A stretch of DNA of 64,000 bases from Bugula neritina (taxonomy: Eukaryota; Animalia; Bryozoa), in the NCBI GenBank assembly GCA_964035545.1, contig OZ037769.1:3763929-3827928 (forward strand), read 5' to 3'. Below the pieces are notes generated by a model. The model did no database searches. It worked only from the letters and a program-made list of their open reading frames with translations, and had not been told where the DNA came from. Below are positions 52,401-64,000 of this stretch, in pieces; position 1 is the first letter of the stretch; each line of letters begins with the position of its first letter. Position numbers and translations under genes: made by a program.

Positions 52401-55400
52401 CCTAAAGCTGAGGGTGATGTGGAATCGGCAAAGCAACCTATAAATACATTTAGGCAGTCTTATAGTTATTAATAAACATTGTGGAATTCACCACTTCATT
52501 TTGTGCAAAGGTGCCATGTTTTGACAACATTTAATACAATATATAAAAATAATTATCTTTTGTGCCAAACAATGTAGCATAGGTCATTGTGCTATACTAA
52601 AAGCATATTCTGCATAATTTAAACTCCTGTATTTATACATTTTTTACAAACCTTTTATGTTTGGAAGATCTGATTTATAATATAGCAGGTTAAATGATAA
52701 TATTAAACATTTCTAAATACTTAAAAGTGTTATATAAAATTTTATCTATGTTATATTTTTATAAACTCTAAAGTTGTAAAAAATATAGTATATACTGCAA
52801 AAGACTAATTAGCAAACTTAAGTTGAAAAGATTAAAAAAAAATTTTCAATCATAAAAATAATTAAATATATACTATTGTTTTATTGTACAAAAGTGTACA
52901 ATTTTTGCAATAAATCATAAACCATTTGGTTCAAACTAAAATTTAACTTTGAGTAGTTTAATAAAGTGTAATAAATTGACATGGTTCAAACATAAAAACT
53001 AACCCCAAACCAACATGTGCTAATTAGGCTAAACAAAAGTTATAACTCAAAAATTAAAAACACAGTTGCTCACCAAGATAGTTTGTTCTGTACACAGAGT
53101 TGATGCGATATCCTCCACATTCTCTGTTGTCAGCAGGACAAACAGAGTTGCAATCACTTTGATCTAACTCAGAATATGCACCATAAGATGATCCACAGTA
53201 ACAGAGATATTCGTCCTGGAGGCCTGCATACTTGTAGCCTGAAGGAAAACACAATTAATCTAAATAATTTAAAATAAGCTGATAATTATATTCTCTTTAA
53301 ATGGTACCTGCTAGCCACTTTTATTTTATTCAGCTAATTAGCTCCTCTATTATTAATTGTAATAACTCATATTAATTTAACTTTATAATTTACAAACAAC
53401 TCCCTGATTAATAAAACGCTGATTAGATATTGTTGTGATATGGCAATTTGAAAAGTTTGTTATGCAAAAAATACACAAAATTATTTAACTAGTTAGAAGA
53501 ATAAAATAATTTTTAAAATTATTAAAACTACTTTCAGTGAATTTTAAAAGCTAAAGTGTAAACTTTAGTCAAATTCTAAACAATTATTACAAAATAAAAA
53601 GAATAATTTATTTTCTAAATCTTATTGTTTAACATTTATCTGTATAGCAACAATGACTTAATTTGAAACTATACACAGTGCTACAACCCACCTCTTTCAG
53701 AGCAGTAACTGCTACACTCTGAGATGGAGTTATCTATTCCAAAATCATAGAAATCTCCATCAAGATCTCGGAATATGATATCATCCTCATAGCATCCCAT
53801 GTAAATGGCTTCAGCTAGTAATTAGCAAAAAAACAATTTTGTAAAAATTTTGTTGTCCTCTGACAAAATACTTTATCCTAATAATCTATATATAGGGAAT
53901 AAAAATGTACAAAATAATTTATCTTTTTTTTGCTTCAAAACACAGACATTAAACCATGATTAGTTCTTATTTGTAAATATTTTAGTGAATAGACTGCAGC
54001 AAAAACAAATAAATTAGGTAATTTTTCGACTCTGTGCAAGTCTACAAAAACATTAATTAATTACATTCCAATTGTTGCATATATATACTTACTTGTCCAG
54101 TCCTGTGTATATTCAGGAGTTGTGTTTATTATTAGCACAACCTATAAAGTTCAAAAAGAAATATAAAAATATTGCTGTGCAAGCTAGGCAAAAATATATA
54201 AATTAATGAACTAATGAACCGCATTAATGTATTTCTCTCAACATTAACAACATATGATAACTGAGTAATACCATAAATATAGATATATAATACTGGAATA
54301 ATACAGTAAATATAAGTATAGGATACTGGATTAATAATATAGATACCATCGACATATATAGCATACTAAAGTAATGTCATTGGTATTTTAAGAAATTTAG
54401 ATTTGTGGACTGAATTACATTTTCCAATGAATCTCGTGCATATTCTTGCAATAATACTGTACATACACAAGAAATATATGTACAGCCACCTACCACAGTT
54501 ACTGCAGCTATAATTATCGCCAACCCAATTCCTAGTCCTGTGAGTGTGAGAGATTTAGACTGACAGATCTTTCTCTTGTAGGCAGCAGCATTTCCTCTTT
54601 TAGCATCTTCTCCAGATAAATGCGCCATGACAGCACCACCAACTCCCAGTGGCAGACAAAGAAATATAGCTGTCAGAATTCCAACAACCATCCAGCATGT
54701 TGAACTTGTGTCTGTTACCTTCAGATCAACATTTTATTTTATTTATATACTGTGAGAATTTATATAGTCATTACTTACTCTGAACTGATTTGTTAAGTAA
54801 TGTTTGACAAGAACAGACTGTAATGCAGAATAATTTGTAACAACCTTTGTTTTGCCTTAAATTAAGAACATTCCTGTAAGCTCCTTCTAATAATCGCTCT
54901 CTATAATTTAACAATTCCAAGCTAAAACCTGTATTTTGGGTATATAGATTTATATATTGTCTTAAAATTACATCTACTCACACATATATATATGAAAAAA
55001 AAGGAACCATATTTGAACTCACGGCTGAATGAGACTGGGTAGTCTGCGTCACCACCTGCTGGCCAGTGCCATCTCCATGAGCAGGTGCTTGAGCAGGTGC
55101 TTGAGCAGGTGCTACTCCAGAACTAGGAGTGGCAAATACTGGCTGAGTGGCAGGTGCTACTTTATTATTACTTAGACCATTTTGTGCGAAATGGCCATGG
55201 TGAGCATATCCAGGTGGTGGCTGTGTTTGAGAGGCATATCCATGCGGTGGTGGCTGTGTTTGATGGGCATATCCAGGTGGTGGCTGTGTTTGAGAGGCAT
55301 ATCCATGCGGTGGTGGCTGTGTTTGATGGGCATATCCATGCGGTGGTGGCTGTGTTTGAGGGGCATATCCAGGTGGTGGCTGTGTTTGAGAGGCATATCC

Positions 55401-55730
55401 ATGCGGTGGTGGCTGTGTTTGATGGGCATATCCATGCGGTGGTGGCTGTGTTTGAGGGGCATATCCATGTGGTGGTGGCTGTGTTTGAGAGGCATATCCA
55501 GGTGGTGGCTGCGTTTGAGGGGCATACCCAGGTGGTGGGGCATTCCCTTGTTGGGGTACGAACTGCTGTTGGTAACCTGGAGAGGGTTGACCAGGCTGAG
55601 GGTTTAAAGCATGCGTTGGTGTGTTGCTCAGAAGTTGTGTCTCAACCGGCCGAGATGCTGGAACACACTGTCCATTACCATAATTCTGGTCTCCATTATC
55701 AACGTAGTCTGTCATTTCTAATTCTGTCAT
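49438..55730 (-). CDS. Gene C: PPxY-repeat + CD225 + 4x WSC, ~699 aa; exons 55730-55023, 54718-54494, 54141-54093, 53814-53692, 53238-53074, 52437-52330, 51716-51552, 51076-50954, 50450-50292, 50105-50001, 49607-49438
   Basis: Exon-for-exon paralog of A and B; spliced 2100 nt is open; all introns GT-AG. Confidence 0.85.
52210..52308 (+). mobile_element. tRNA-derived element family 1 (gene C intron 6)
   Basis: Same position as 39557-39646, so it predates the B/C duplication. Confidence 0.6.
55200..55545 (-). repeat. Coding VNTR (30/33-bp units, PPP(H)GYAxQTQ x11) in gene C exon 1
   Basis: Plus-strand unit GGCATATCCA(TGC)GGTGGTGGCTGTGTTTGA...; gene B has 4 units. Confidence 0.95.
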
Positions 55731-57120
55731 TGTGCTGCTGGAATTACCCTAAATGAGTAATGATCATTTTTGAAGGTAAATAATTTTATGTTTATAGCAG
55801 CTATTAACTAAGCTGTAGTCTGACAATGAAAACCTAGTATTAGATAGTAGGGTAATCTGGGTCTAAATCTCAGTTGAACTTTTCTGTTTAAAGATTAGTT
55901 AGGCAATTGAACAACAATTATTTACTTTAGTTAATTAATTTCTTAAAACACAGTTTTATGCAATCACACAAGTATCACTAGTAATGATGTATTGCTTAAG
56001 ATTGTAAATCTTGGGCAATACTATTTATGCTGCTTTCTACTCAAAGTAATAATAATAAGTTTAGATTTACCTGCTTGTAGCTGGAGCCTATACCGTATAC
56101 TGATACAAGAAGATATAAATACCTCAATAAATCAATACATGGAACAATTATGCAACATTGTTGTCGTAGGCAGAAAGGAATCGAAAACACAATTTTAGCT
56201 TATTAGAAAATTGTACTGAGTAATATTAAACAAAAGGTCTATTGTTTTACTTATGCTATTAGAATATCTTTGTTTTCTAAAAATAATCAATTGCACAATG
56301 GTCGATATAGCATTATTCTGTTTTTACATGACTGATTATATTGTAAGAAATTAGATTAAGATTTGCATATTAGCATAATAATGAACAGTGAGATGGAAAT
56401 AAGGGAAAGGACAGTTTCATCTTGTGACTAAAGTAACAACATTGGTTCACGGCTGCAGATAATTTTGACAGATTAAATTTGTTTTGGAAGTAGACTAAAG
56501 ATTGAGATATATATATTTGGAATGTAGCTGACCTAAAATGATATGACATAAAGTATTATGACTAATAGCAGTCATAACAGCTCAGTTTTAGCTGCCATGT
56601 GATTATACTATTATATTACGCTAACTTGGAAGTAACGCTACTGGGTCAGCGATGCTCTTTTTAGAGTTCATATATGTCCTGAAAAACATATATGATGTAG
56701 GTAATTTTTTCTAAAATATTTATTCAAATTAGAATTTAAAATATCCCGTTATACAATAACAATTTTTTTCTAAAGTATTAATTATTTAATTAAATAAATG
56801 AAAAAATTATAATAAATTAGAATCTGAAATATTGCATTATACAACAACAAAAGTTGTAGTAATTTTATTTATGAGGCAAGCTAACAGTTACACATATTAT
56901 GGTGTTATACTATATTATACTATAGTTCTGTAGCAAATCAATAAGCATGAAAATAATGAAAATCCTGTCGCTTATAAGTGTAACCAGAATAAATTTACTC
57001 AAACTGTTAAACATTGGCAATATTGTAATTTGTAACACTGTCAGAAATTTTCATAGATCTATATGCTTGAAATCTAAAAGCTAGTTTCATGTTATCTGAC
57101 CACTTTGTTCTGAGAAGATA

Positions 57121-57495
57121 TCAATTAAGAGCTACTTGATTATTGCTTATGTGGTTAAAGTTTATACTTTGTGTGAAATATCCATGGTGAGCGTATATCC
57201 AAGCGGTGGCTGCATGTGTATGGTGGGCATTCCCAGGTGGAGGCTGTGTATGAGGGGCATTCCCAGGTGGAGGTTGTGTATGAGGGGCATTTCCTTGTTG
57301 AGGTACAAACTGCTGCTGGTTCCCTGAAGACTGTTGTTCATACAGAGACTGACTTTGTGGAGGTTGACCAGGCTGAGGGTTTAAAACACTGGTTGGTATG
57401 TTTCTCACAGGCTGTGCCTCAACCGGCCAAGGTGGTGTTAAACTATCACTCTGGTCTTTTTTAGTAGCATATTCATTCATTTCTGCTTCAGCCAT
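57121..57495 (-). pseudogene. Gene D: truncated exon-1-only paralog of genes A-C
   Basis: MAEAEMNEY...LNPQPGQP...QQQFVPQQGNAP...PPPGN. A short frame disturbance is followed by an abrupt loss of homology at about 57128; no CD225 exon occurs before gene C. Confidence 0.75.
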
Positions 57496-59104
57496 TGTGC
57501 CACTAGAGTGACCCTAAATTCGTGATGATTATTTTTGAAAGAGAATGATGATAATAATAGACTAGTAAGATGTTACCTATACTGTCTTCTAATCTTGAAC
57601 AGCCTAGTAATAGTCAACTGTGTGTCTGAAGTAAAATTATGGTTTAAATTTTGCCCACAAGTTATACGTATAAATTCGCACTATTTCTAATTTCAAGTTT
57701 CAACAATTATAGTAACATAACATAATCATTACTTGTAACAGCTTCTCATCAGCTATTTGCCGTACAGACGTTTTGCTTTAAAACTAATACATTTATATCG
57801 CATTTATTAAGCGCTCGCTACAACTTGTGCTAATTTAAACTAAAACTAGTAACAAAGCATTAGGTTTAAACTTACCTGAGCGTAGCGGCAGTCTATATCA
57901 TACACTGATACCAGGTTACACAAGAATATAAATGATTTAATAAATTAATACACTGAACAATGCACTCTGTTAAACATCATTTCTGTATACAAAAAAATTG
58001 AAAACTTATAAGCCAGCTTATTCAAACAATGTGTTGGTTTACAGAAATTCTATAGCTTCAACTATGCTTTGTTAATATTTATTTTTTAAACTTGATGCTT
58101 CGACAAGGTCTTTAAACGTAATAATATATTTTTGAACATTAGGTATTTCAGTAAAATTGGACTAAGGTTTGACTAACGGCACAATAATAAAAGTTCACAA
58201 TAAAACACTAATGTGCAGCTGCAGTTAGTCTTGGCCAACTGAGTGTATTTTAAAAGACCACTAACGATGTATTTGTCTTATAGCCATCTTTGAATTTTAG
58301 CTTTCGTGTGTGGGAATTTGTCAACAAAAACTTACAGATATGTGATAACCTGTATAAAATATAGTCCTAGTATTTAGCTCTATAGCTGTTACTTAATAAG
58401 CTTTTTCAAACGTTTAAACAAACTTGAGATGCCAGTAAAATTTAAGAGCAATTGAAATTTATGTAGCTACTGGTGAACATTAGAGGCGTTATAGAAAATA
58501 TTCAGTGATGCATACTGCAAAATGGAATTTAATCTCCAAACATTTCTTAATTTAGTGGTACTATATAGAAGCATACTAAATGTCTTATAAAGGTCTTTTA
58601 AAGATATTATAGAAATGAACAGACTAACAACTTTTGATTTATCTTCACCATGTTTTGATAGGGTGAATAAAAGCTTTAACTAACGAAGATTATTATTTTA
58701 GGCAAAATATGAAAACTTGAAAAATTATAAGTCAGCTGTTGGCACACCTTGTAGTGTCTCACAGAAACTTGTCGCAAAATAAAGGACATTGCCTTTCATG
58801 AATTCAACGTTGTTTTAAACTTTGAAAGTTTCAAATAAAGCTGTTCAAGTTTACAGCAAAACATTCCTCTATTTTCAGCAAAGATAAAAATAGTTCTTTT
58901 AGCAAATTATGCATAATATTTATTTTTTAAAAAACAAGCATTTTAAGAAAAATAAATTTGCTACATTTTAAATTTTTTTATAAATCAACTAAAGCCAAAA
59001 TCATAACTATTTTGAAAAAAGTAAGCTGAACTATCTGTTATCATCATATATTTTAGTTCTTACTGAAAAATAATTTGACATAAAAGCCAACGAAAGGATG
59101 ATGT

Positions 59105-59954
59105 TTAATCATGACAAGCACATGGGTGCAAGTAGTATGACACGCTGTACACAGAAATGGTCCAGGTTCCACCGCATATTTTCTCTTGATTACCTGTACA
59201 TGGTTTGTTACACCGATACTCATCTACTTCTCCGTATTTCCCATATCCATTGTCACAGAAACACTCATTAGAGTTCTGTAGTCCAGCGTACAGATAACCT
59301 GTTAGTAGTAAACAGGAGTTTTTGTCACTGAAGAATTACAAAAATTGAATTTGAATTATGATCTTTTGGAATAAAAAATTAATAGTTTGTTTAAAAACTT
59401 CATTAAGTACTGAATAGCATGCAGTAAATTTTTTTTATAATTATTATTTTTGTAGTACTTGCAATAATAAACATGTTATTATATAAAAACTGTAATGGGT
59501 TTCATTATACCTGCATCAAAACATATATTCACACACTTCTGGATGCCGTTTTCTGTTCCGGAATAAATTAGTTTAGTGAGGTCTCTATTAGAAAAGTCTT
59601 GAAAACATCCATATAACCTTGATTTTCTACAAATTAATATCTTATTATATAGTGAAGACATTATTAATTGATACTTATTGTCACAGTTATAACTTGTATT
59701 ATAGAATGCTAATTTCACTAATATGATTATAAATACTAATTTTAGTCAGCTTTGAAACATAAATAATTTGCATATAATTATGAACAATGCTATATTTTAT
59801 AGTTTAAATGGTGTTTACAAACCTAGCAAAGAATTGGAGTAAAATAAAAGATTAAAATAAAAAGAAACTTACCTTGGTCATTATCACTATAATAGCTGGC
59901 ATAACAAAAAGCAGAGAAATTTATAACTATAAGAAAATATGTTATTAGTCTCAT
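59105..59954 (-). pseudogene. S6: divergent secreted single-WSC gene with an apparent 1-bp frameshift; exons 59954-59873, 59626-59511, 59298-59105
   Basis: Signal-like MRLITYFLIVINFSAFCYA; WSC GCFQDFSNRDL...KCVNICFDAGYLYAGLQNSNECFCD...CGGTWTISVY...HPCACHD*. Exon 1 ends in phase 1 but exon 2 is one base short near 59610. Confidence 0.7.
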
Positions 59955-60682
59955 ATTTGCCAACCTAGGGTCACTATTTAATGCAGTACGTTTCAAACTG
60001 ACATCCAAATAGTGTTGCCATGCAGTAAGTATGTGTATAGTACGTAATAGCACATGCTATATGTGTACACATGAAACATAAATTATTCTAAAAGCTATAC
60101 AGAGATTGTTAAATCTATGCTCAGCATTTTTCGATAATCGATTTTTATTCATAGGTTATGTAAAACTAAATTTAATATTATTTTAAATTATTCACTTATA
60201 TTTAGGTTCTCAAACTGGAAATGTGAATGGCTAGCCTGTATTTCAAGCCCTTAGGAGACCTTTCTTACACTGCATGAAGATTAAGTAATAATTTGTTAAT
60301 GTGATTAGATTTTATTCAATGACTGAACTTATATGATTAAATTAACATCAAACCTTTTCATTATTGAGTTGGATTTTATACAAAAGTGATATAAGCTTGA
60401 CCTATTAAATAGTTTGAAATTTGCTGCAATAACATAATTTAGTCAGATAAGAAAAATCAGCTAAAAGTACATTTAAAGTTGTTGAAGTTTAAAAACAATG
60501 AAACAACTTTAGCTAATATGTATAGCAGAATGCACCAGTTCATCATTTGCATCGCTTTTTCTAAATATTTTTGCAAAATTTACTTTAAATTCTTACTTAA
60601 AAAAGTATTATATATTACTAAAATTATTGTAATATGCACACTATTTTCTCACCTCTATAGACATTTGAAAGTCAGTGAAGAA

Positions 60683-60902
60683 ATCATTATAATTCTGATG
60701 TAAAATATTAGTAAATGTTAGGTGGTATCATTATAATTCTGATGTAAAATATTAGTAAATGTTAGGTGGTATCATTATAATTCTGATGTAAAATATTAGT
60801 AAATGTTAGGTGGTATCATTATAATTCTGATGTAAAATATTAGTAAATGTTAGGTGGTATCATTATAATTCTGATGTAAAATATTAGTAAATGTTAGGTG
60901 GT
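60683..60902. repeat. 44-bp perfect tandem repeat x5
   Basis: ATCATTATAATTCTGATGTAAAATATTAGTAAATGTTAGGTGGT repeated five times. Confidence 0.95.
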
Positions 60903-61919
60903 ACTCATTTAAAAAGTTGCTTAAAAAGATATAATGGGATAATCTTTTTAATTTTTAAGATAAGGCACAGAGATTGGAATTTAGAAAAAATGTTAGCAAA
61001 TTTTTATTAGGATACAATGTGAGATTTAGAGCGCTGTTAAGTATTAATAAAGCTTCATGCAACATTAAATTTTAATGTTGAATGCATGGCGCTTTATAGA
61101 GGCCATAACAAGGACATTCTAACAAATGTCTTTTTGTAAATAAATTACTAAATTATCATTAAAATAAACAGCCAGTTTAAACCTGATTGCATGATCAACT
61201 GCGATAATAAATTATAAGATTATATGTTTGCATTTATACAACTGCAAAGTTGAGTATCTGAATTCACCAGCTATAATTGGCTAGTCCTGGGTCATGTAAC
61301 TTACAGCAGAAAATGTAAGTATACAGGAAACAATAACTGATATCTTCTAATTATAAAAATCAAAACATCGCAGCAGCTTTGATCGTGATTTGTTAGCTAT
61401 TTTGATGAACAAGATTATTTAAGACAGTTATTTATTATTGCATATTTTCAGCTTTCAAATGTGATTTTAGTCGAGCTGTTTCACATTACCAAATACCTTT
61501 CTCTAATTTTTTTGTTTGCTATAGTTGAAGACAAAAACATTTTAATATCTACAAATATGGTAAGTCTTCTTGAAGCATTATATCATATATATATAGTAAT
61601 AATACTAATCATATTAATCACACTAACTGAAATGGCATATTTCCAAGTGTGAACACAGTTATATCATTTGATAATGCTTTTAGGCTTGATTTCCATTTAT
61701 GTGTTTTTAAAAAAAGGCATCAGCTTACCATATATAGACTATAAGCATGGTGCTACAAATCTAGCTTCAAATGTGATGCCATTTAAAATTACTCGGCAGT
61801 TCTAGAGGCCTGTTGTTATAATAGTCTGGGGCAATAAAGTTATAAGCAAATATATTATCAAATGCTTGCAGGAATTTCAGTTATAACTAAACCTGGCTAA
61901 GCTTTTGTTTACGTATAAA

Positions 61920-62120
61920 AGCTGTGTTATAAGCCGCCTTTCTGACTGTCTAGCACAAATAATTATTATCGACTTTTGTGTACTATAGCGGTTTATATCT
62001 TTTAAACTCAATCTAGATACATCATTGACTAATTTGTATACCTAGGTATATAATTATTTGTGCTAGACAGTCAGAAAGACGGCTTATAACACAGCTATTG
62101 CAGTAGCTACTGCAATAGCT
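61920..62120. repeat. 47-bp inverted repeat with nested perfect palindromes
   Basis: Arms 61920-61966 and 62050-62096 (1 mismatch); palindromes at 62037-62050 (14 bp) and 62093-62120 (28 bp). Confidence 0.9.
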
Positions 62121-62623
62121 TGATAAATACATAACACATTTTATATTATCTATATAACTCCCCTGGGTGTTATACTTATTTAGGTCTGTTAAGCTGTTAT
62201 AATATAAGATGAGTTACATCATTTTATCATTTATTTTCATCATACAGTAATACGTCGCAGATTTAGGTTTATTAATTTTTTTGTATTTGTGTATAGACAT
62301 TAAACAGCATATGTATTAAGAAAATTTCTCAACGGTACAATAGTTAAATGCAGCGCTGAATCATTTTATTAGATATATATAATGTTTCAAATATTAAAAA
62401 TACGATCTAATGGTATTTAAAACTCTTGGTTATTCAATCTTACAAATAAAGCATAACATTACAACTGCAGCCTATCCAGAAAATATAAAGAAAATTGTAA
62501 TATATTTTTTATGTTTCAGTTCAACGTAATTGAATAACTTTGGATAAAGTATAGTTGCTTATTATTGCAGCTTGCTTATGCAACATAAATCATTGAATAT
62601 AATCATAAATTTCCATTAATAAT

Positions 62624-63720
62624 CTAAGATTCATTGCATGAGCATTTGGGTACAACGTACACTGAATTAGCCCAAGAACCACCACACCTCTCTTCACTAT
62701 TACCGTTGCATGACCTATTGCAACTTGTTTCATCAAGCCTTCCATATCTACCATATCGGTTTCCACAAAAGCAATACCTAGACCATTGCATACCTGCATA
62801 GTCATAGCCTACAAAATTAAATTAGAATTGTCCCTATAATAACCTAGCTTCAGATCTGACAATTTAAAGTGTTTATGAAATCATTTTTTCTTCATAATAT
62901 AGTATAAGTAAGCCAGATATTATCTCTCCGTTGTACTATGAACAGTATTAGGCACTAGAAACTAACATTAGTGATCATACTTTAAGAGTGAGAACAGTCA
63001 CACTATATAAAAGCTTTTGTACCTTGTTCTTGACAGTGGCTAATACATTTCCTTACAGAGTTGTCTTCAAAGTCAGTTTTATAAGGTAAATCCCTGTTGC
63101 CTTCATCTCTATAACACCCTCTGTATCCAATCACTATAATTTACATTAGAAATTTCAATAGCAAAAACAACTTTTACTAATGATTAGTTACAATATCTCA
63201 TTGATTCTGGAAATGTGCTTTATGTAGTCTAAGAATGTGATGACAATTTTTTATTAAATCAGGAGTTGTCTTGACACATTTCTATGCAACAATTTATCAA
63301 ATCTGAAATATTGTCAAACAATTCTAAGCATTTTAGTTGCAATTCCCACTCTAAAATACTTATAATATAAAGTGCTGTTAATGAATTATCAATTAATCAA
63401 ATCTTCATCATAATCACTCATATAATTTAAATAAAAGATAAGCTTGTTGAACTAAGTTCACACATAATCAAAGCTGTAAGTTTGCAGCAGGAAATAATAT
63501 GTTGGAATAGACAAACTTACTATATAACAAAATATATAGCAAAACGACACAACTGTCCTATAAATAGGAATTGTTAATAAGTTAACTATCAAACACAACT
63601 TGTAAAAGCCCTCAAGAAAATAAATATATTTGAACATATATATATATATATACCTCGCTCAGTTTTCATGGAAGCAATGCAAGCAAGAATGCAAAGTGTT
63701 TGCAAATACAAGACCTTCAT
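62624..63720 (-). CDS. S5: secreted single-WSC protein, 120 aa; exons 63720-63654, 63133-63023, 62808-62624
   Basis: [22 protein letters not shown]...AGMQWSRYCFCG...[20 protein letters not shown]; intact frame. Confidence 0.88.
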
Positions 63721-64000
63721 TTCAGGTAAAAAGCCTTACTTCTGTGTGTTAGCAGCTTATTCCAACAGGAGAGCTTCATTCAGTGTCATGTTTATAAAAA
63801 AAGTTGCTTGAACAAAAAGGCTATAGCTAAATTAAATCATGAATAATTAGCAAGTATCTTTTATTTCTGTTCCTAAGTTGATTAGATTTTAAAGGCATGT
63901 AAAACAGATAGGTGGGGCTATTGAGTGAAAATGTATAATAAACTGCGCTAACAAAGGTGGGTATTTATTCATGACTTTAGAGAGTCCCAAAGCATACTCT

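Noticed and set aside
55154-55756. Antisense and alternate-frame ORFs over the Pro-rich exons (also 42857-43180, 57136-57464, 7630-7830)
   Set aside because: By-products of stop-free 30/33-bp coding repeats; no splice or homology support.

Overview
AT-rich, intron-containing animal (probably invertebrate) genomic DNA, almost entirely a duplicated, partly inverted cluster of WSC-domain (PF01822-type) genes. The ORF track shows only exon fragments, so I rebuilt the genes by hand from GT-AG sites and reading-frame phase. (1) Three apparently intact 11-coding-exon genes (A 7482-14360 +, B 43208-36329 -, C 55730-49438 -) encode a Pro/Gln/PPxY-rich N-terminus, a CD225/dispanin (IFITM/PRRT-like) membrane domain and four tandem WSC domains. 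A truncated exon-1 copy (D) and the 3' end of a further multi-WSC gene with an in-frame stop are also present. (2) Six 3-exon genes encode small secreted single-WSC proteins with a C-terminal CxC; five are intact and one has a 1-bp frameshift. (3) An orphan 5-exon Ser/Thr-rich gene occurs twice, with extra remnants. Mobile and repeat DNA: an internally deleted Bel/Pao LTR element with seemingly identical 1117-bp LTRs, two tRNA-derived SINE-like families, Harbinger- and hAT-type MITEs, a 36/39-bp minisatellite, a 44-bp x5 repeat and (TA)n tracts. The top candidate for a novel system is an IFITM-like membrane protein fused to a glycan-binding WSC ectodomain, clustered with diversifying soluble WSC lectins and showing exon-level mosaicism. 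All functional readings are inference.
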